From: Octopus sinensis
Lineage: Eukaryota
Reading direction: 5' to 3'
NCBI RefSeq assembly: GCF_006345805.1
Contig: NW_021835123.1
Coordinates: forward strand, 1 to 55,439
DNA length: 55,439 nt
Translations under genes and position numbers: made by a program
In this document: piece after piece, positions 12,763-25,079 of the stretch
Layout of the letters: each line of letters starts with the position of its first letter
Numbering within the stretch: position 1 is the stretch's first letter
Notes under the pieces: generated by a model
Databases searched by the model: none
What the model was told of the DNA's origin: nothing
The model's input: only the letters and a program-made list of their open reading frames with translations

Positions 12763-14339
12763 TCTTCTATATATATATAACTGAGAATGTGTGTCTGTCT
12801 GTCTGTGTTTCCCTAAAACTTGAGAACTACACAACCAATTTCACTCAAATTTTACACATGCCTTACTTAGGGTCCGGGGAGTGTCATCGGCAAAATAAAT
12901 GTTCAACTTCTTGCCTAGGGTGAGCCCATAGCATTATATTATCTTCTCCACTATTTCAGTATTACGTGTTAAAAGTGAAACAAAATAATTTCTCTATTTT
13001 ATGTCAGACACTTTCACTTTAACAATAAAAATTAGAGATAATAATACAATTGAATTATATGTAGTAGAAATTAAAATCAAACTAAAGTATAATATAATAA
13101 TTAAATCGTAACATAACAAAAGTAAAAATAGCAATTGGTATAAAATTGCATCAATGACTTGAACTTGAATAAGTGGTTTCACATGAATGGGAATAAATTA
13201 AAAATAAAATTAGTGTGCAGAAATGGAATAGTCCAGATGGAGCTGTGCACACACCTTTTACCACGGCTTTTACATTAGATTATCTGCTAATTAGCTAGCA
13301 TTAAGTATCTATATGAAGTTTGGCTGTATGTAATGTCTGTTTTCTCGAACAGCCGCTTCTACTGAGTACTGCGCTGTTGGTTTATTTCTTATACATAAAG
13401 GACTATAGTTTCAACTGCGTACTACTTTTTGATTCACCGTAAGATTTGTTGTTATTATTATTACTGTTTAACTATTGTTATCACGTTTTTTGGTTCCTCG
13501 AAAGGGAAACGTTGTTGTGTTGCATTTCTTAAATAATTGTGAACCGTTACCCTCCCCCTCTGGGAGAAGGAGCTTTGGTTATTGTTTAAAAATTGAATTG
13601 TGTCCCTGTTTGGGGAAATTGACAATATTTTGTTAAAATGCCTTCGATAGAAGAAAGTCCAAAAATGAATTTCGCTGCAGCCGTTGGCGAGCGCAAACTC
13701 ATTAAAATTAAAATAGAAGAAATACAAACCTACTTCGGATTGATCACCGACAAAGACGGTGAATCTAGGATAACACCACCAAACGAAATAAAAAATTAAA
13801 TTAAAGAAAAGACTATTGTCTATAAGGTATACAATGCAGAGAAAACAAAAGATTTGAACACCCGTAGGAAAGCACCATCGAAAGTGTATTGGTGCGACTA
13901 TGAAAGATATCAAGTATCTAACCAGAGGCGGTAAATTCTCCACAATAGAAGAAAAGTTCGAATCAACGGAGCGTGCAAGGGAGTACTCGCTCGAACCTTG
14001 CAAAGTGGAAATATTTTATTTTTACCTTTATATCTGGGATGTAGGACGTCCCAGATAAAAATTTAAAATGTCCCTCCAGAAGTAGAGGTAGGCTGGATTG
14101 TAGACACACTTCTATACGAGAGGGAGGACAGGATACAATTGATCGAAATTGCAAGAGACGGGCCTACAATTCCAGTCTGTTATATATTTTGAGTATTGTT
14201 ATCGCTAGCGATATCAAGATATAACCTTGTATTTTGTATTTTATATGTAGATGTATATATATAGATGTACATGTAATATGTACACATATATATACACATA
14301 TATACATGCACTTGCACTTTGACCCGGCAATAATGCTAG
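12763..14339 (+). mobile_element. Non-autonomous Helitron
   Basis: A|TC 5' end followed by (TA)n and (GTCT)n; 3' gacccggcaa...gCTAG|T; second copy at 25982-27118. Confidence 0.75.
13638..14170 (+). pseudogene. Captured LINE (Tx1/L1-like) ORF1 N-terminal fragment inside the Helitron
   Basis: MPSIEESPKMNFAAAVGERK...LFLPLYLGCRTSQIKI*NVPPEVEVGWIVDTLL with stops and frameshifts; the IKIxNVPPE motif resembles RRM-type LINE ORF1. Confidence 0.5.
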
Positions 14340-14391
<52 letters not shown>

Positions 14392-14392
<1 letters not shown>

Positions 14393-14755
14393 CGACAGGC
14401 TTCTTCCGTCTACCAATCGGCCTGAGGCTATAGCAGATGACACTTGCCCGAGGTACCAAGCAATGAGACCGAGCCCGGAACCATGTGGTTGAGAAGGAAG
14501 CTTCTTACCGCACAGCAACAGATATATATTTCAAATTTTTGCACAAGGCCAGTAATTTGGGACGGGGAGGACTAAGTCGATTACATCGACCCCAATGCTC
14601 AACTGGTATTTCATCGACCCCGAAAATATGAAAGGCAAAGTCGACCTCGGTGGTATTTGAACTCGTAACGTAAAGACGGACGAAATGATTCCAAGCATTT
14701 TGCGCAGCGTGCTAACTATTCAGCCAGCAGACTGCCATTGTAATGTTGTAGATAT
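14392..14755 (-). mobile_element. Adjacent OR-like (14392-14520) and OK-like (14520-14755) SINEs
   Basis: Reverse-complement matches to other copies in the window. Confidence 0.75.
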
Positions 14756-14792
14756 TCTTTTCTAATCTAGGCACAAGGCCCCAGTGCGCAAC

Positions 14793-14793
14793 T

Positions 14794-14876
<83 letters not shown>

Positions 14877-14953
14877 GGTGGTGGTGGTGGTGGTGGTGGT
14901 GGTGCTTGTAGTAGTAGTAGTAGTAGTGGTGGCGGTAGTAGTAATAGTAGTAC

Positions 14954-14997
<44 letters not shown>

Positions 14998-15025
14998 ATA
15001 GTAGTGGTAGTGGCGGTGGTGGTAT
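14793..15025. repeat. Compound (GTA)n/(GGT)n trinucleotide microsatellite
   Basis: Directly visible. Confidence 0.95.
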
Positions 15026-15914
15026 TGGTAGCATCTGATGGCATTTTGTGCATTGACGCCTCAGTCTGTACTTTTGTATCTCCCTCTGTTTCTCCCTCCC
15101 TTCCACACACACACACACACACACATGTGTCTGTGTCTGTCTGTCTGTCTGCATGTCTGTCTGTCTGTATGTATGTATGTATGTATGCATGTACGTATGT
15201 TTATATATGCATGTGTGTGTGTGGTGTGCGTGTGTATCGAAATTGCTATCTAGGCATAATGAAAATGCTAGTCACAACATTTGCTGCTGTTGTTCTAATT
15301 GTTGTTGTCGCCGTTGTTTACTGCGATATTCATCAGGAATTCTAACCACATGTAATCAATAACAACAACAACAACAACAACAACAAAAAACAAAATGCAG
15401 TGTCAAAAAATCTTCGTTATGACAAAATCGTTGTGGTTGTTATTGCTTTAGTTGTTGTTGTGTTGTTGTGATTGTTGTTGTTGTTGTTGTTGATTTGTGA
15501 TTGTTGCTGTTCCTGCACCTGCTGCTGCTGTTGTTGCTATAGCTTTTGTTGTTGTCATTGCTGCTACTGCTGTTGTCGCTGCTGCTGCTGCTGCTGTTGT
15601 TGTTGACGACATCAAGTGATGTCGAAAATTCTTATCTTCAGTCAGACATTGCGTTGTTTACAGTGCAACGATCGACGATACACACACACACACACACATA
15701 CATACACACACACACACGCACGCACACACACACACACACACACATAAACACATGCGTACGCAAACATAAATACAGTCACATGGACATACACATATCCATA
15801 CATAAATGGAAATATAAATACAAACATATACACACATACGCATAGCATATGTGTATATGTATATATATATATATATACACGTGAATATGTGTATAGTACA
15901 TACTGTCATATATA

Positions 15915-16284
15915 TATACAAATACATATTTCATTTTTTAGTCGGTTTGCAAGATTCTTCATGTGAATTCGTGTGTTGAAGCAAATTTTGTTGTTTGGGG
16001 AGGATCATTCTGTTTTAATGCTTCATTAATTAACACATCGACCGGTTCGATTTCCACTCATTTACTTATTCATTTCTTCTAAAATTTTCGTTGCTTCTTG
16101 CAACCTCTTCAATAGTTTAAATTTTAGAAAAAAATTTTGAAAATATAAATGAGCGGAATTCGAACCGGCGAGTGGGTTCATTAATAAGGCATTAAAACAG
16201 AATGACTCTCCCCATAGAACGTCTTCTATCTTTTCTCATTTCAAAGAAAATTCGACCCAGCGTTACTATTTTCCACCTCGTTCT

Positions 16285-16290
<6 letters not shown>
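15915..16290 (-). mobile_element. PLE-like short element with an HHR-like motif at 16079-16115
   Basis: Minus strand cta-TTGAAGA-g-gttgc[aagaa]gcaac-GAAA-att-T-tag; flanked by (TA)n. Confidence 0.5.
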
Positions 16291-16329
<39 letters not shown>

Positions 16330-16330
<1 letters not shown>

Positions 16331-16555
16331 AGTCTGACCACCTTCTGTCCAGCAATCCCATGATCGACCGTTAGCCACTAAAGCTTTTTTTTTTATTTTC
16401 TCTCTGCTTATTTCCTCGTGTTCGTTTCTATTGAAGAGCGTAGGCTCGAAACGTAAAAGAATTTCTCACCTTCCTGAGCGTTAAACTAATACACCTGTTT
16501 GTTGTTTATACACCTGTCTTCGTCTTTTGTCTTTTTTGGTAAATTCCAACTATAT
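16330..16555 (+). mobile_element. PLE-like element, family A
   Basis: ctattgaagagcgtaggctcgaaacgtaaaag...ttccaactatata. Confidence 0.7.
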
Positions 16556-16612
16556 ATATATATAATGATCAAAAAAGCCCCACAACCAACCATACCACAC
16601 ACACAAAAAAAT

Positions 16613-16689
<77 letters not shown>

Positions 16690-17024
16690 ACAGGGCTGTA
16701 TACTTAAAGCAGATACATTGTTAAGTGCCTTATTTACTGCGGTATTTTCGTATTGAGTTAATATGTCTTAGACCTGTTATGTGAAAACACAGAAATATAC
16801 CAACAGCAATCGAAAACTATCCAGCTGCTGCAGCAAACATAGTGAATATACATATGTGCATATACATACATACAAACAAACTACATACATACATACATAC
16901 ATCATACATACATACATACATACATACATACATACATGCATACATTTATGTATATAATATATATATATATATATATATAATATATATTATAAATATATGC
17001 ATAAAATATATATATAAAAATACA

Positions 17025-17300
17025 AAATGGGACAAGAACGCAAAACATTCAAATAGACGATACAAAAAACGGACGGGTCATTCGAAGCCTCTAATCTTCA
17101 GTCAAGAACCGGATCATCCTCGCAATTTCGGCTGATTAATCTTGAAATTGCTCCGATCTGGCCAGCTCCAAGGAAAAACTAAGCTACAAGCATTAGATTT
17201 CTTGGAAAAAGGATCGAATGTATACGAAACAAGGATGGAAAAACGGACGATGTTACACGAATATAAATACAAAACACAAAAAGTAATACGAATATAAATA
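17025..17300 (-). mobile_element. PLE-like short repeat, family B (second copy at 46865-47175)
   Basis: cattcgaagcct...aatcttcagtca and aaaactaagct...agcattagatt are shared between the two copies; both are embedded in (TA)n. Confidence 0.5.
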
Positions 17301-17451
17301 CCAAAAACAATAATAATAATAACATATATATATATATATACACACACACATATATACCCATACACACATATACATTTAGATATATATGTTGGTGTGTGTG
17401 CGTGTGTATACATATATTTATATATATACGTGTGTATATACGCGCAGGCAT

Positions 17452-17815
17452 GGGTGTATGGTAAGTAGCTTCCTTACCTACCAATTGGTTCTGGGTTCAG
17501 TCCCACTGCGTGGCACCTTGGGCAAGTGTCTTCTACTATAGCCTCGGGCCGACCAAAGCCTTGTGAGTGGATTTGGTAGGCAGAAACTGAAAGAAGCCCA
17601 TCATATTTCTTTTGTGTGTGGTGTTTGTGCCAGAGTTTATCCCCCCTCCCACGTAGCTTGACAACCAATGCTGATGTGTTTACGTCCAGCAAAAAGAGAC
17701 CGATAGAATAAGTACAAGGCTTAGAAAGAATCAGTCCTGGAGTCGATTTGCTCGCCTAAAGGCGGTGCTCCAGTATGGCTACAGTCAAATGACTGAAACA
17801 AATTAAAGAATAAAA
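17452..17815 (+). mobile_element. OR-like CORE SINE
   Basis: gtggcaccttgggcaagtgtcttctactatagcctcgggccgaccaaagcc core and the standard tail. Confidence 0.85.
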
Positions 17816-17831
17816 AATATATACATATATG

Positions 17832-17886
<55 letters not shown>

Positions 17887-18045
17887 CGTATTTGCCATTT
17901 CAATATGGCTAACCCACTAAGGGTGGATGCTACTGTAGTTTTAGCCCCAGGAGGACACACTCCTCCAGCTGGCCATAGACACACTATCTGTGTCCTGTCA
18001 GTATTTGCAAAAGGGAAGTCATCCTTCCGTCTTCAACTTATGATA

Positions 18046-18090
18046 CACACGGACTCGAGTTTCGAGGTATTGACCTCTCGTCAGCGTGTG
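18046..18090 (-). ncRNA. Inverted copy of the canonical hammerhead
   Basis: Exact reverse complement of 18338-18382. Confidence 0.85.
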
Positions 18091-18337
18091 ACAATCATAG
18101 TTGTCGCCGAGAATAGATTTCCTTCACAAATACTTATACTTTTTCCAGCGTCCACTGTCGCTGAAATGGCAAAAATTTAAATGGCAAAAATACGTCACGA
18201 TGTGTTACCGCTACTGTATATAACTCACTTTGATATTTATCATTGTTTGATTCACTTTTCAATATCAGCGACAGGGGACGCTGGAAAAAGTATAAGTTTG
18301 TGAAGGAAATCTAATTCTCGGCGACAACTATGATTGT

Positions 18338-18382
18338 CACACGCTGACGAGAGGTCAATACCTCGAAACTCGAGTCCGTGTG
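18338..18382 (+). ncRNA. Canonical minimal type I hammerhead ribozyme
   Basis: cacacg-CTGACGA-gaggt[caat]acctc-GAAAC[tcga]GTC-cgtgtg: perfect stems I and II, complete core, palindromic stem III loop, GUC cleavage after 18376. Confidence 0.85.
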
Positions 18383-18590
18383 TATCATAAGTTGAAGACG
18401 GGAAGGATGACTTCCCTTTGCAAATACTGACAGGACACAGATAGTGTGTCTATGGCCAGCTGGAGGAGTGTGTCCTCCTGGGGGCTAAAAACTACAAGCA
18501 TCCACCCTTAGGGGTTAGCCATATTGAAATGGCAAAAATACGTCACGATGTGTTACGCTACTGTATATAACTCGCTTTGATATTTATCAT

Positions 18591-18622
<32 letters not shown>

Positions 18623-18721
18623 CATATATATTTATATATTATATATACACATATATACTTTATATACTTATACTTATATATATAATCAAACACCACATAG
18701 CATATATAATATATATGTATA

Positions 18722-18752
<31 letters not shown>

Positions 18753-18918
18753 GAACATATATAAATATATGTATGTATGCATGTATGTGTTTAGTGAATG
18801 GTGTTAAATGCTCAGTATACAGTATTATGTAAATTATCAACATCACCAGTTGTTATTTCGATAGGAAATAAACAAACGTAATGGTATATGCATATACTTA
18901 TAGACATATACACATATA

Positions 18919-18976
<58 letters not shown>

Positions 18977-19788
18977 CACACTGTAAATTTCCATTAATCT
19001 GATATGCAACTGTCCATCACTTTTTGCCAGACGCTGTTTGGGCATCAACTATTTTTAATATTTTTTAAATTTAATCTTTATAACTGGTCCCGACGTAACG
19101 CCACCATCTTTGTCAATAGTCAAGTTTAAAAACACACACACACTCCCACAACAAAAACAAAGATTACACCAATTTGCGCCGAAGCCTTTGTATACCTGCT
19201 TTTATCTACTTGTCGATTGTCCATCAATAACTGAAAACATCGACTAATGTTGATAAAAAACAAACAACCAGTTTATGAAAGATGTGAAAGAAAGCATGCA
19301 AATGAAACATTACAGTCGGAAATTGAAAATAATACAGTGTTTGAAAAGCTGTGAAGACCGGAACGTAGTTGTATGTAAATATAACAAAGAATTTTTACTA
19401 TAATTTATGGCTTTAGCAAACAAACTGATGAGTTAATGTCACTTGTTTTGTTACGCAGCAGACATTGTAAACGTGATCAAGATATTCTTAATCTGAAATA
19501 ACATTCATAAAGTTAATTAAGTGTTTGAGTGCAAAACGATCCAAGGGTATTTCCTTTTAGCCTCTTACGGGCATTCGTCAGCCATTCGATTGTAGCCATG
19601 TTGGGGCATCACCTTAAATGGCTTGGTCAAACAAGCCAAACCTCAGAGCTTGTTCGTCTTAAGTCAAATCTATCGGTGCCTCTTTGTCGAATCACTTAAT
19701 TTATGGGGGCGTAAAGAAACTAATATCTCGTTGCTAAGCGGTGTGGAGAGAAAACACAAAGACACATAAGCGCTGTGTGTGTGTGTGA

Positions 19789-19829
<41 letters not shown>

Positions 19830-20305
19830 CGTGTGGTCATCCTGTGTTTTTCATGCATTCATCTCAAGTAAATCGGTTAATATTATTGACAACAGCACCA
19901 TTAACGATAACGACGAGGACAGCATCACCACTATCACCACCACTGTCATTACCATCATCACCACCATTACCACTACCATCAACATCACCCACACACCATC
20001 ACCCCCACCATTACCCCCGCCACCATCACTACCACCATCCCCACCACACCATCACCAGCACACCACCACCGCAAACAACAACAAAGGGCTTAACGTATTT
20101 CATTCTTTCTTTTCACGTTCCGGTTTCAAAAGCCTCCCGTGCCAGGCCGGAAGAGATGGCCCCGGCAACGGTTTAGTGGACAATGGTTTTCAGCTTCAAC
20201 AAATCTTCATATACACACACACACATATATATACAGAGGGAGAGAGAGAGAAAGAGAGAGAGAGGGGATAGAGAGAGAGGGGAGATAGAGAGAGATATAC
20301 ATACA

Positions 20306-20339
<34 letters not shown>

Positions 20340-20359
20340 CATACATACATTCATACATA

Positions 20360-20571
20360 CGAGGGGATAGTGGAAAGTTCCTGACATTAAGGGTGTCTTG
20401 AAAACCCTGATTGGAAACCCAACCTTCCGAGTTCTTTTGCAGAGTTTAAAGAAACTGAAGGACCGCTGCAATAGGTTTGTGAATCTGAGAGCGGGGTATA
20501 TTGAATGAAATTGTATCTGATCCTCTTGTATTTTCTTTATCCAGAGCCAACAAATTTCAGCACACTCTTCG
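20360..20571 (+). mobile_element. Mariner-derived MITE
   Basis: TA|cgagggg...ctcttcg|TA ends; internal KLKDRCNRFVNLRAGYIE* resembles a mariner transposase C-terminus. Confidence 0.7.
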
Positions 20572-20579
20572 TATATATG

Positions 20580-20634
<55 letters not shown>

Positions 20635-20639
20635 TATAA

Positions 20640-21025
20640 ATAATACACACATTGTCGCCATTTTATAATTTTAAATTCGTGCATTCAAATTGTTTGTACT
20701 TGATTTTGTCGACTACACAGTAGTGGGCACCGTCTGTGAGAAAAATAGCACAATGACGCAGTTCACTCTGCCAGAAATTTGGAAACAACGCACTGTACTT
20801 CTTGGTATTCGCGCCTTAAAATCCAATACGAACATTTGAGAGTGTTTCGGTGTCGGTCTAAGGACAGTGCAATCTGAGGACATGTATTGAGAATGATAAA
20901 AATCAAATACCCACTCATCACGGAGGCCTACATCAAGTGCCTGGATGAGGTATTGCTGCCCTGAATCAAGAGGGTGGCTGCTGGAGGACCTTATGTCTGG
21001 CAACAGGGCTCTGTACCATACCAGT
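20640..21025 (+). mobile_element. Internally deleted Tc1/mariner transposase fragment
   Basis: MTQFTLPEIWKQRTVLLGIRA..., then ITEAYIKCLDEVLLP*IKRVAAGGPYVWQQGSVPY, matching the YVWQQDSAPCH catalytic region. Confidence 0.75.
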
Positions 21026-21206
21026 TATTTGACCGCGGCCATGCTAGAGCACCGCCTTTAGTCGAACAAATCGACCCCAGAACTTATTCTTTATAAGTCT
21101 AGTACTTATTCTATCGGTCCCTTTTGCCGAACCGCTACGTTACAGAGACGTAAAGACACCAGCATCTGTTATCAAGCGATGTTGGTGGGACAAACACAGA
21201 CACACA

Positions 21207-21237
<31 letters not shown>

Positions 21238-21260
21238 CACACACACACACACACACATAC

Positions 21261-21292
<32 letters not shown>

Positions 21293-21445
21293 CATATACG
21301 ACGGGCTTCTTCCAGTTTCCGTCTACCAAATCCACTCACAAATCTTTGGTCGGCCAAAGGTTATAATAGAAGACACATGTCCAAGGTGCCACACAGTGGG
21401 ACTGAACCCAGGACCATGTGGTTGGTAACCAAGCTACTTACCACA
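21026..21445 (-). mobile_element. OR-like CORE SINE
   Basis: Reverse-complement match to the family, with internal (CA)n/(TA)n. Confidence 0.85.
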
Positions 21446-21836
21446 CAGCCACTCCTATATAGATATATATATGCAGCTCTCAAGCTGAAACTAATGAAGG
21501 GGAAAGGGTGCACAAACACACACACACACACTCAGATTACCATATGTTAGTATACAGGTGCAAATCAAGGTAGCAAAAATAGTATTCGAATAGGGTCTGT
21601 GAAGTCTTTTCAACTTGAATAAAATATTACGTGTGTGTCAGTGTGTGTGCGTGAGTGTCTGTGTGCATGCGAGTGTGTGTACTTACGTATGTGAGTGAGT
21701 GAGTGCGTATGCACGTGCGTGCGTGTATTTATATTTATGGCTGTAGATCTGAGTCCATGTCCCAATGCATTAATTACACGAGTAATTAACACTATAGTAA
21801 CACAAACATACATACACACTCGCATATATATATGTT

Positions 21837-21868
<32 letters not shown>

Positions 21869-22350
21869 CTTATGCATATTAATATATTTGTGTGTATATA
21901 CATATAACACACGCACTCACACATATCTGTGTGTGTGTGTGTATCGATCTGCTTCTTTATCAGTGATGATGATTTTCACACAACCATGACGTAACGTCTG
22001 TTAATATTTATTAAACTTGGCCTGTCTGTCTACCTGTTGACTCTTGCACACACACACACACACATACACTCATACACACGCACGTGCATATATAGAGAGT
22101 GGAAACTAGTTCTTTATGTCTTAATTGCTGCTACAATAATAATGAGTAGATGTGCGAGAGACCTATAAAAGGGAGCACGAATGCGCGCGCGCATACACAC
22201 GCGCACACACATACATACACACACACGTGGAACATGCATACTCACAGGTACACACAACACACAAGCACACGCATACACAAACATGATACACATAAACACA
22301 CTCCTTCATTCACATATAATTCATACACCCCCCTCCACACACACACACAC

Positions 22351-22474
22351 ATACATTTAAATTGACTGAGGTAGTAATATGAGTCATAAAGGTAATTATT
22401 TTGTGATGATTATAAGATGATAATAAAAATGACCTTTATGACTCGAATTACTACCTCAGTCAATCTAAATGTAT
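22351..22474. repeat. 124-bp hairpin / miniature inverted-repeat element
   Basis: atacatttaaattgactgaggtagtaatatgagtcataaaggt pairs with acctttatgactcgaattactacctcagtcaatctaaatgtat. Confidence 0.8.
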
Positions 22475-22624
22475 ATATTTGTCGTTACCTGTCATAAATA
22501 GTCTTTTTCTATTTGCAATATGCATTTTCGTTGATTTTCCACGTGTATTTTATATTTTATATTTTATATTTTATTTTCGTAACAAATTTCTACTATATAT
22601 ATTATATATATTATATATATATAT

Positions 22625-22657
<33 letters not shown>

Positions 22658-22753
22658 ATATATATATTATATATATATATATATATTCTTTTACTCTCTT
22701 ACATTTTCAATTACTTGACTGCGACCATGCTAGAGCACCGCCTAGCATATATG

Positions 22754-22790
<37 letters not shown>

Positions 22791-23099
22791 ACATATAACA
22801 TTCAGTTGAATTAGGTACCTCGTTAGGTCGGAGTAATATCCACACAAAACAGTATTATGTAAATATCAACCTTCGTACATAAGTACCGGCCGAATGATAT
22901 TCTTGCTGTGGTTGTAGACGATTAGACCCAGCTGAGTGAAGAGATCCACTCTTGAGATATTGAGACATACATTATATTAATTATACGGTTCATAATATTT
23001 ATGAAAGACAGATTCCAAGACAGGTGAATAAAATATAAATGAGTAACAATAGAAGTACAGGTGCCAGTCAATCTCTACTGTTACTCATTTATATATATA

Positions 23100-24314
23100 C
23101 TAGCAGTATAACCCAGCCTTGCCCGGGATTATGTTACGATTATTAAGCTAATCAAGTTCTTTATTTCAAACCAAATTTGGGAAAAATCCGTTGAAATTGG
23201 TTATATTATATATATATTATATATATTATATATATATAATATAATATAATATATATATATATATGGGCAACAGACACGAACACACATGTACGTACGTACA
23301 CCTATTGCATGCATACATGTTCATAAACAGAAATGAATGGGAAAATGTCAAATTTGTAGATTAACACTCGCACGATTTTCACTAAGAAAAATAATCGGGT
23401 TTTTTTGCGTGGAATCAAATACTCTGGCCTCCTAATATGCTACAAAGCCCTTTTTGTGGTCCGTGAAACGGAGTGGGTGTGGTGGAAGCCTCGGAAATTG
23501 TACCCATTTATATTGTGCAATTCACTGACAAATTGCTACTCACCTCTTTGTTTCTTTGTTGTTAAATAAATGGATTGTCAACAACACACTTTTTTACTCG
23601 GTGTAAAATAAAAACAAAACTCTTTCGCACCCAAAGTAAAGTGTGTGAGAGAGGGGGAGAAAGATGAACGATTTAAAATAAATAAATGATTTTAAATAAA
23701 TATATTGTAATTGTTGTGTGAGAAAGTATATATACTATGATTATAAAAATACAGTGTCTTTCAAAAACATCCTGAATTTCAACACTATATCTCGTGTTTA
23801 AGAAAAGACAAAACATTTTACATTTTATATTTTATGAACGTCGTCACTTACTCTCTCTCTCTCCCTCTCTCACTTTGTCTTTCCCGTGAAACTCTCTGCT
23901 TCTCTTCCACTTTTCTTTATCTTGTTTTTTTTGTTAGACGCCGTCAGAAAGCTATGGCTGAAAATAGATTTTTAGGAACGTCGTCACTTACTCTCTCTCC
24001 CTCTCTCCCTTTGTCTTTCCCGTGAAACTCTCTGCCTCTCTTCTTCCACTTTTCTTTATCTTGTTTTTTTTTGTTAGATGCCGTCAAAAAGCTATGGCTG
24101 TAAATAGATTTTTACCGCTAAAAGTTATGGCTGAAAATAGATTTTTACCGCTATCCGCGGGTGCTTCGGGAAAAAAATAAGTTGACAAAACCCAGATAGG
24201 ATGTTGACGAATGTCCTCCTAAAATTTGAGCGACATGCATGCTAATTTGTGGATGTGCATAAACTACAATCACGTACACACACACACACACATCTTGCCG
24301 TATATATATACAGA
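23100..24314 (-). mobile_element. Non-autonomous Helitron (second family) with an internal ~140-bp tandem duplication
   Basis: Minus strand A|TCTGTATATATATAC... 5' end and cccgggcaaggctggg...gCTAG|T 3' hairpin end; 23837-23975 is repeated at about 23977-24115. Confidence 0.7.
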
Positions 24315-24337
24315 TATATATAGATATATATGTATTC

Positions 24338-24465
24338 CCAACCACATGGTTCTGGGTTCATTACTATTGCGTGACACCTTGGGCAAGTGTCTTCTGCTAT
24401 AGACTCGGGCTGGCCAAAGACTTGTGAGTACATCTGGTTGACGTAAACCGTAAGAAGCCCGTCTT
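24338..24465 (+). mobile_element. OR-like SINE fragment
   Basis: ccaaccacatggttctgggttc...gacaccttgggcaagtgtcttc. Confidence 0.75.
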
Positions 24466-25079
24466 ATATATGTATATATATAATTATAGTATATTCTGTT
24501 AAGAACATAGTAGAATACAGTATAAAGCTCGCTCGTCCACTTTCACATTTAAACTGTGCATTCCAGTAGTAGTATTATATGTATTTCCAGTTTGCGTTTG
24601 GGCATCTGTCGTGTGTGAATAGATAATTGAAAAAATTGGAGTCAACAAGAAGGGTACGGTTGGACATTATCTTTTAATCACTACAATTGTTTGCATACAA
24701 CGTAGTTCTCCAGATGTGCAGGTACTAGATTAAGAAACTATTTCCCTGCATTATGAGATCTAGTTGTGTTTCCTCAGGTGATATGTTAATATTGTCTCTG
24801 TAAATTTAAAATCCTCGGCTTCAAGAACATTCTATCTCACTGTCGTGGCCTTAATTTAGTAGTAGTCACAAAGCCTACCAGGGTATGTTGTTGGTGAAAA
24901 ATACCAATCTCTTTAAAATGGCAACCACTTTAAGAGTACGAGAATCACCATCCCACTACATTTACGCATTCAAAGCCCTCTGACCTCATGCAGTAGTAGA
25001 CGAAGGTAGAAGCACTCTTGTTGAGTGGGATGCACTATGCATACTCGCCCAAGGCAAGTGTGAAACTTAATGCCAGGGT

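Larger units (their letters stand above)
17883..18590. mobile_element. PLE/retrozyme-like element: 282-bp inverted repeat plus a 348-bp direct-repeat monomer
   Basis: Arms at 17883-18164 and 18265-18546; a ~62-bp segment starting atggcaaaaatacgtcacg occurs at 18181 and again at 18529. Confidence 0.8.

Noticed and set aside
17025-17300. CTGAAGA...CGAA in family B (also near 46920) as a hammerhead
   Set aside because: No convincing stem II or GAAA-stem III-NUH arrangement could be folded
21982-21995. 14-mer aaccatgacgtaac also present at about 28944
   Set aside because: A few exact 14-mer matches are expected by chance in 55 kb
24655-24720. Further decayed HHR-like relics (here on the minus strand; also at about 22930-22965 and 30137-30172)
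   Set aside because: Several core and stem positions are broken, so they cannot be told from chance without a family consensus
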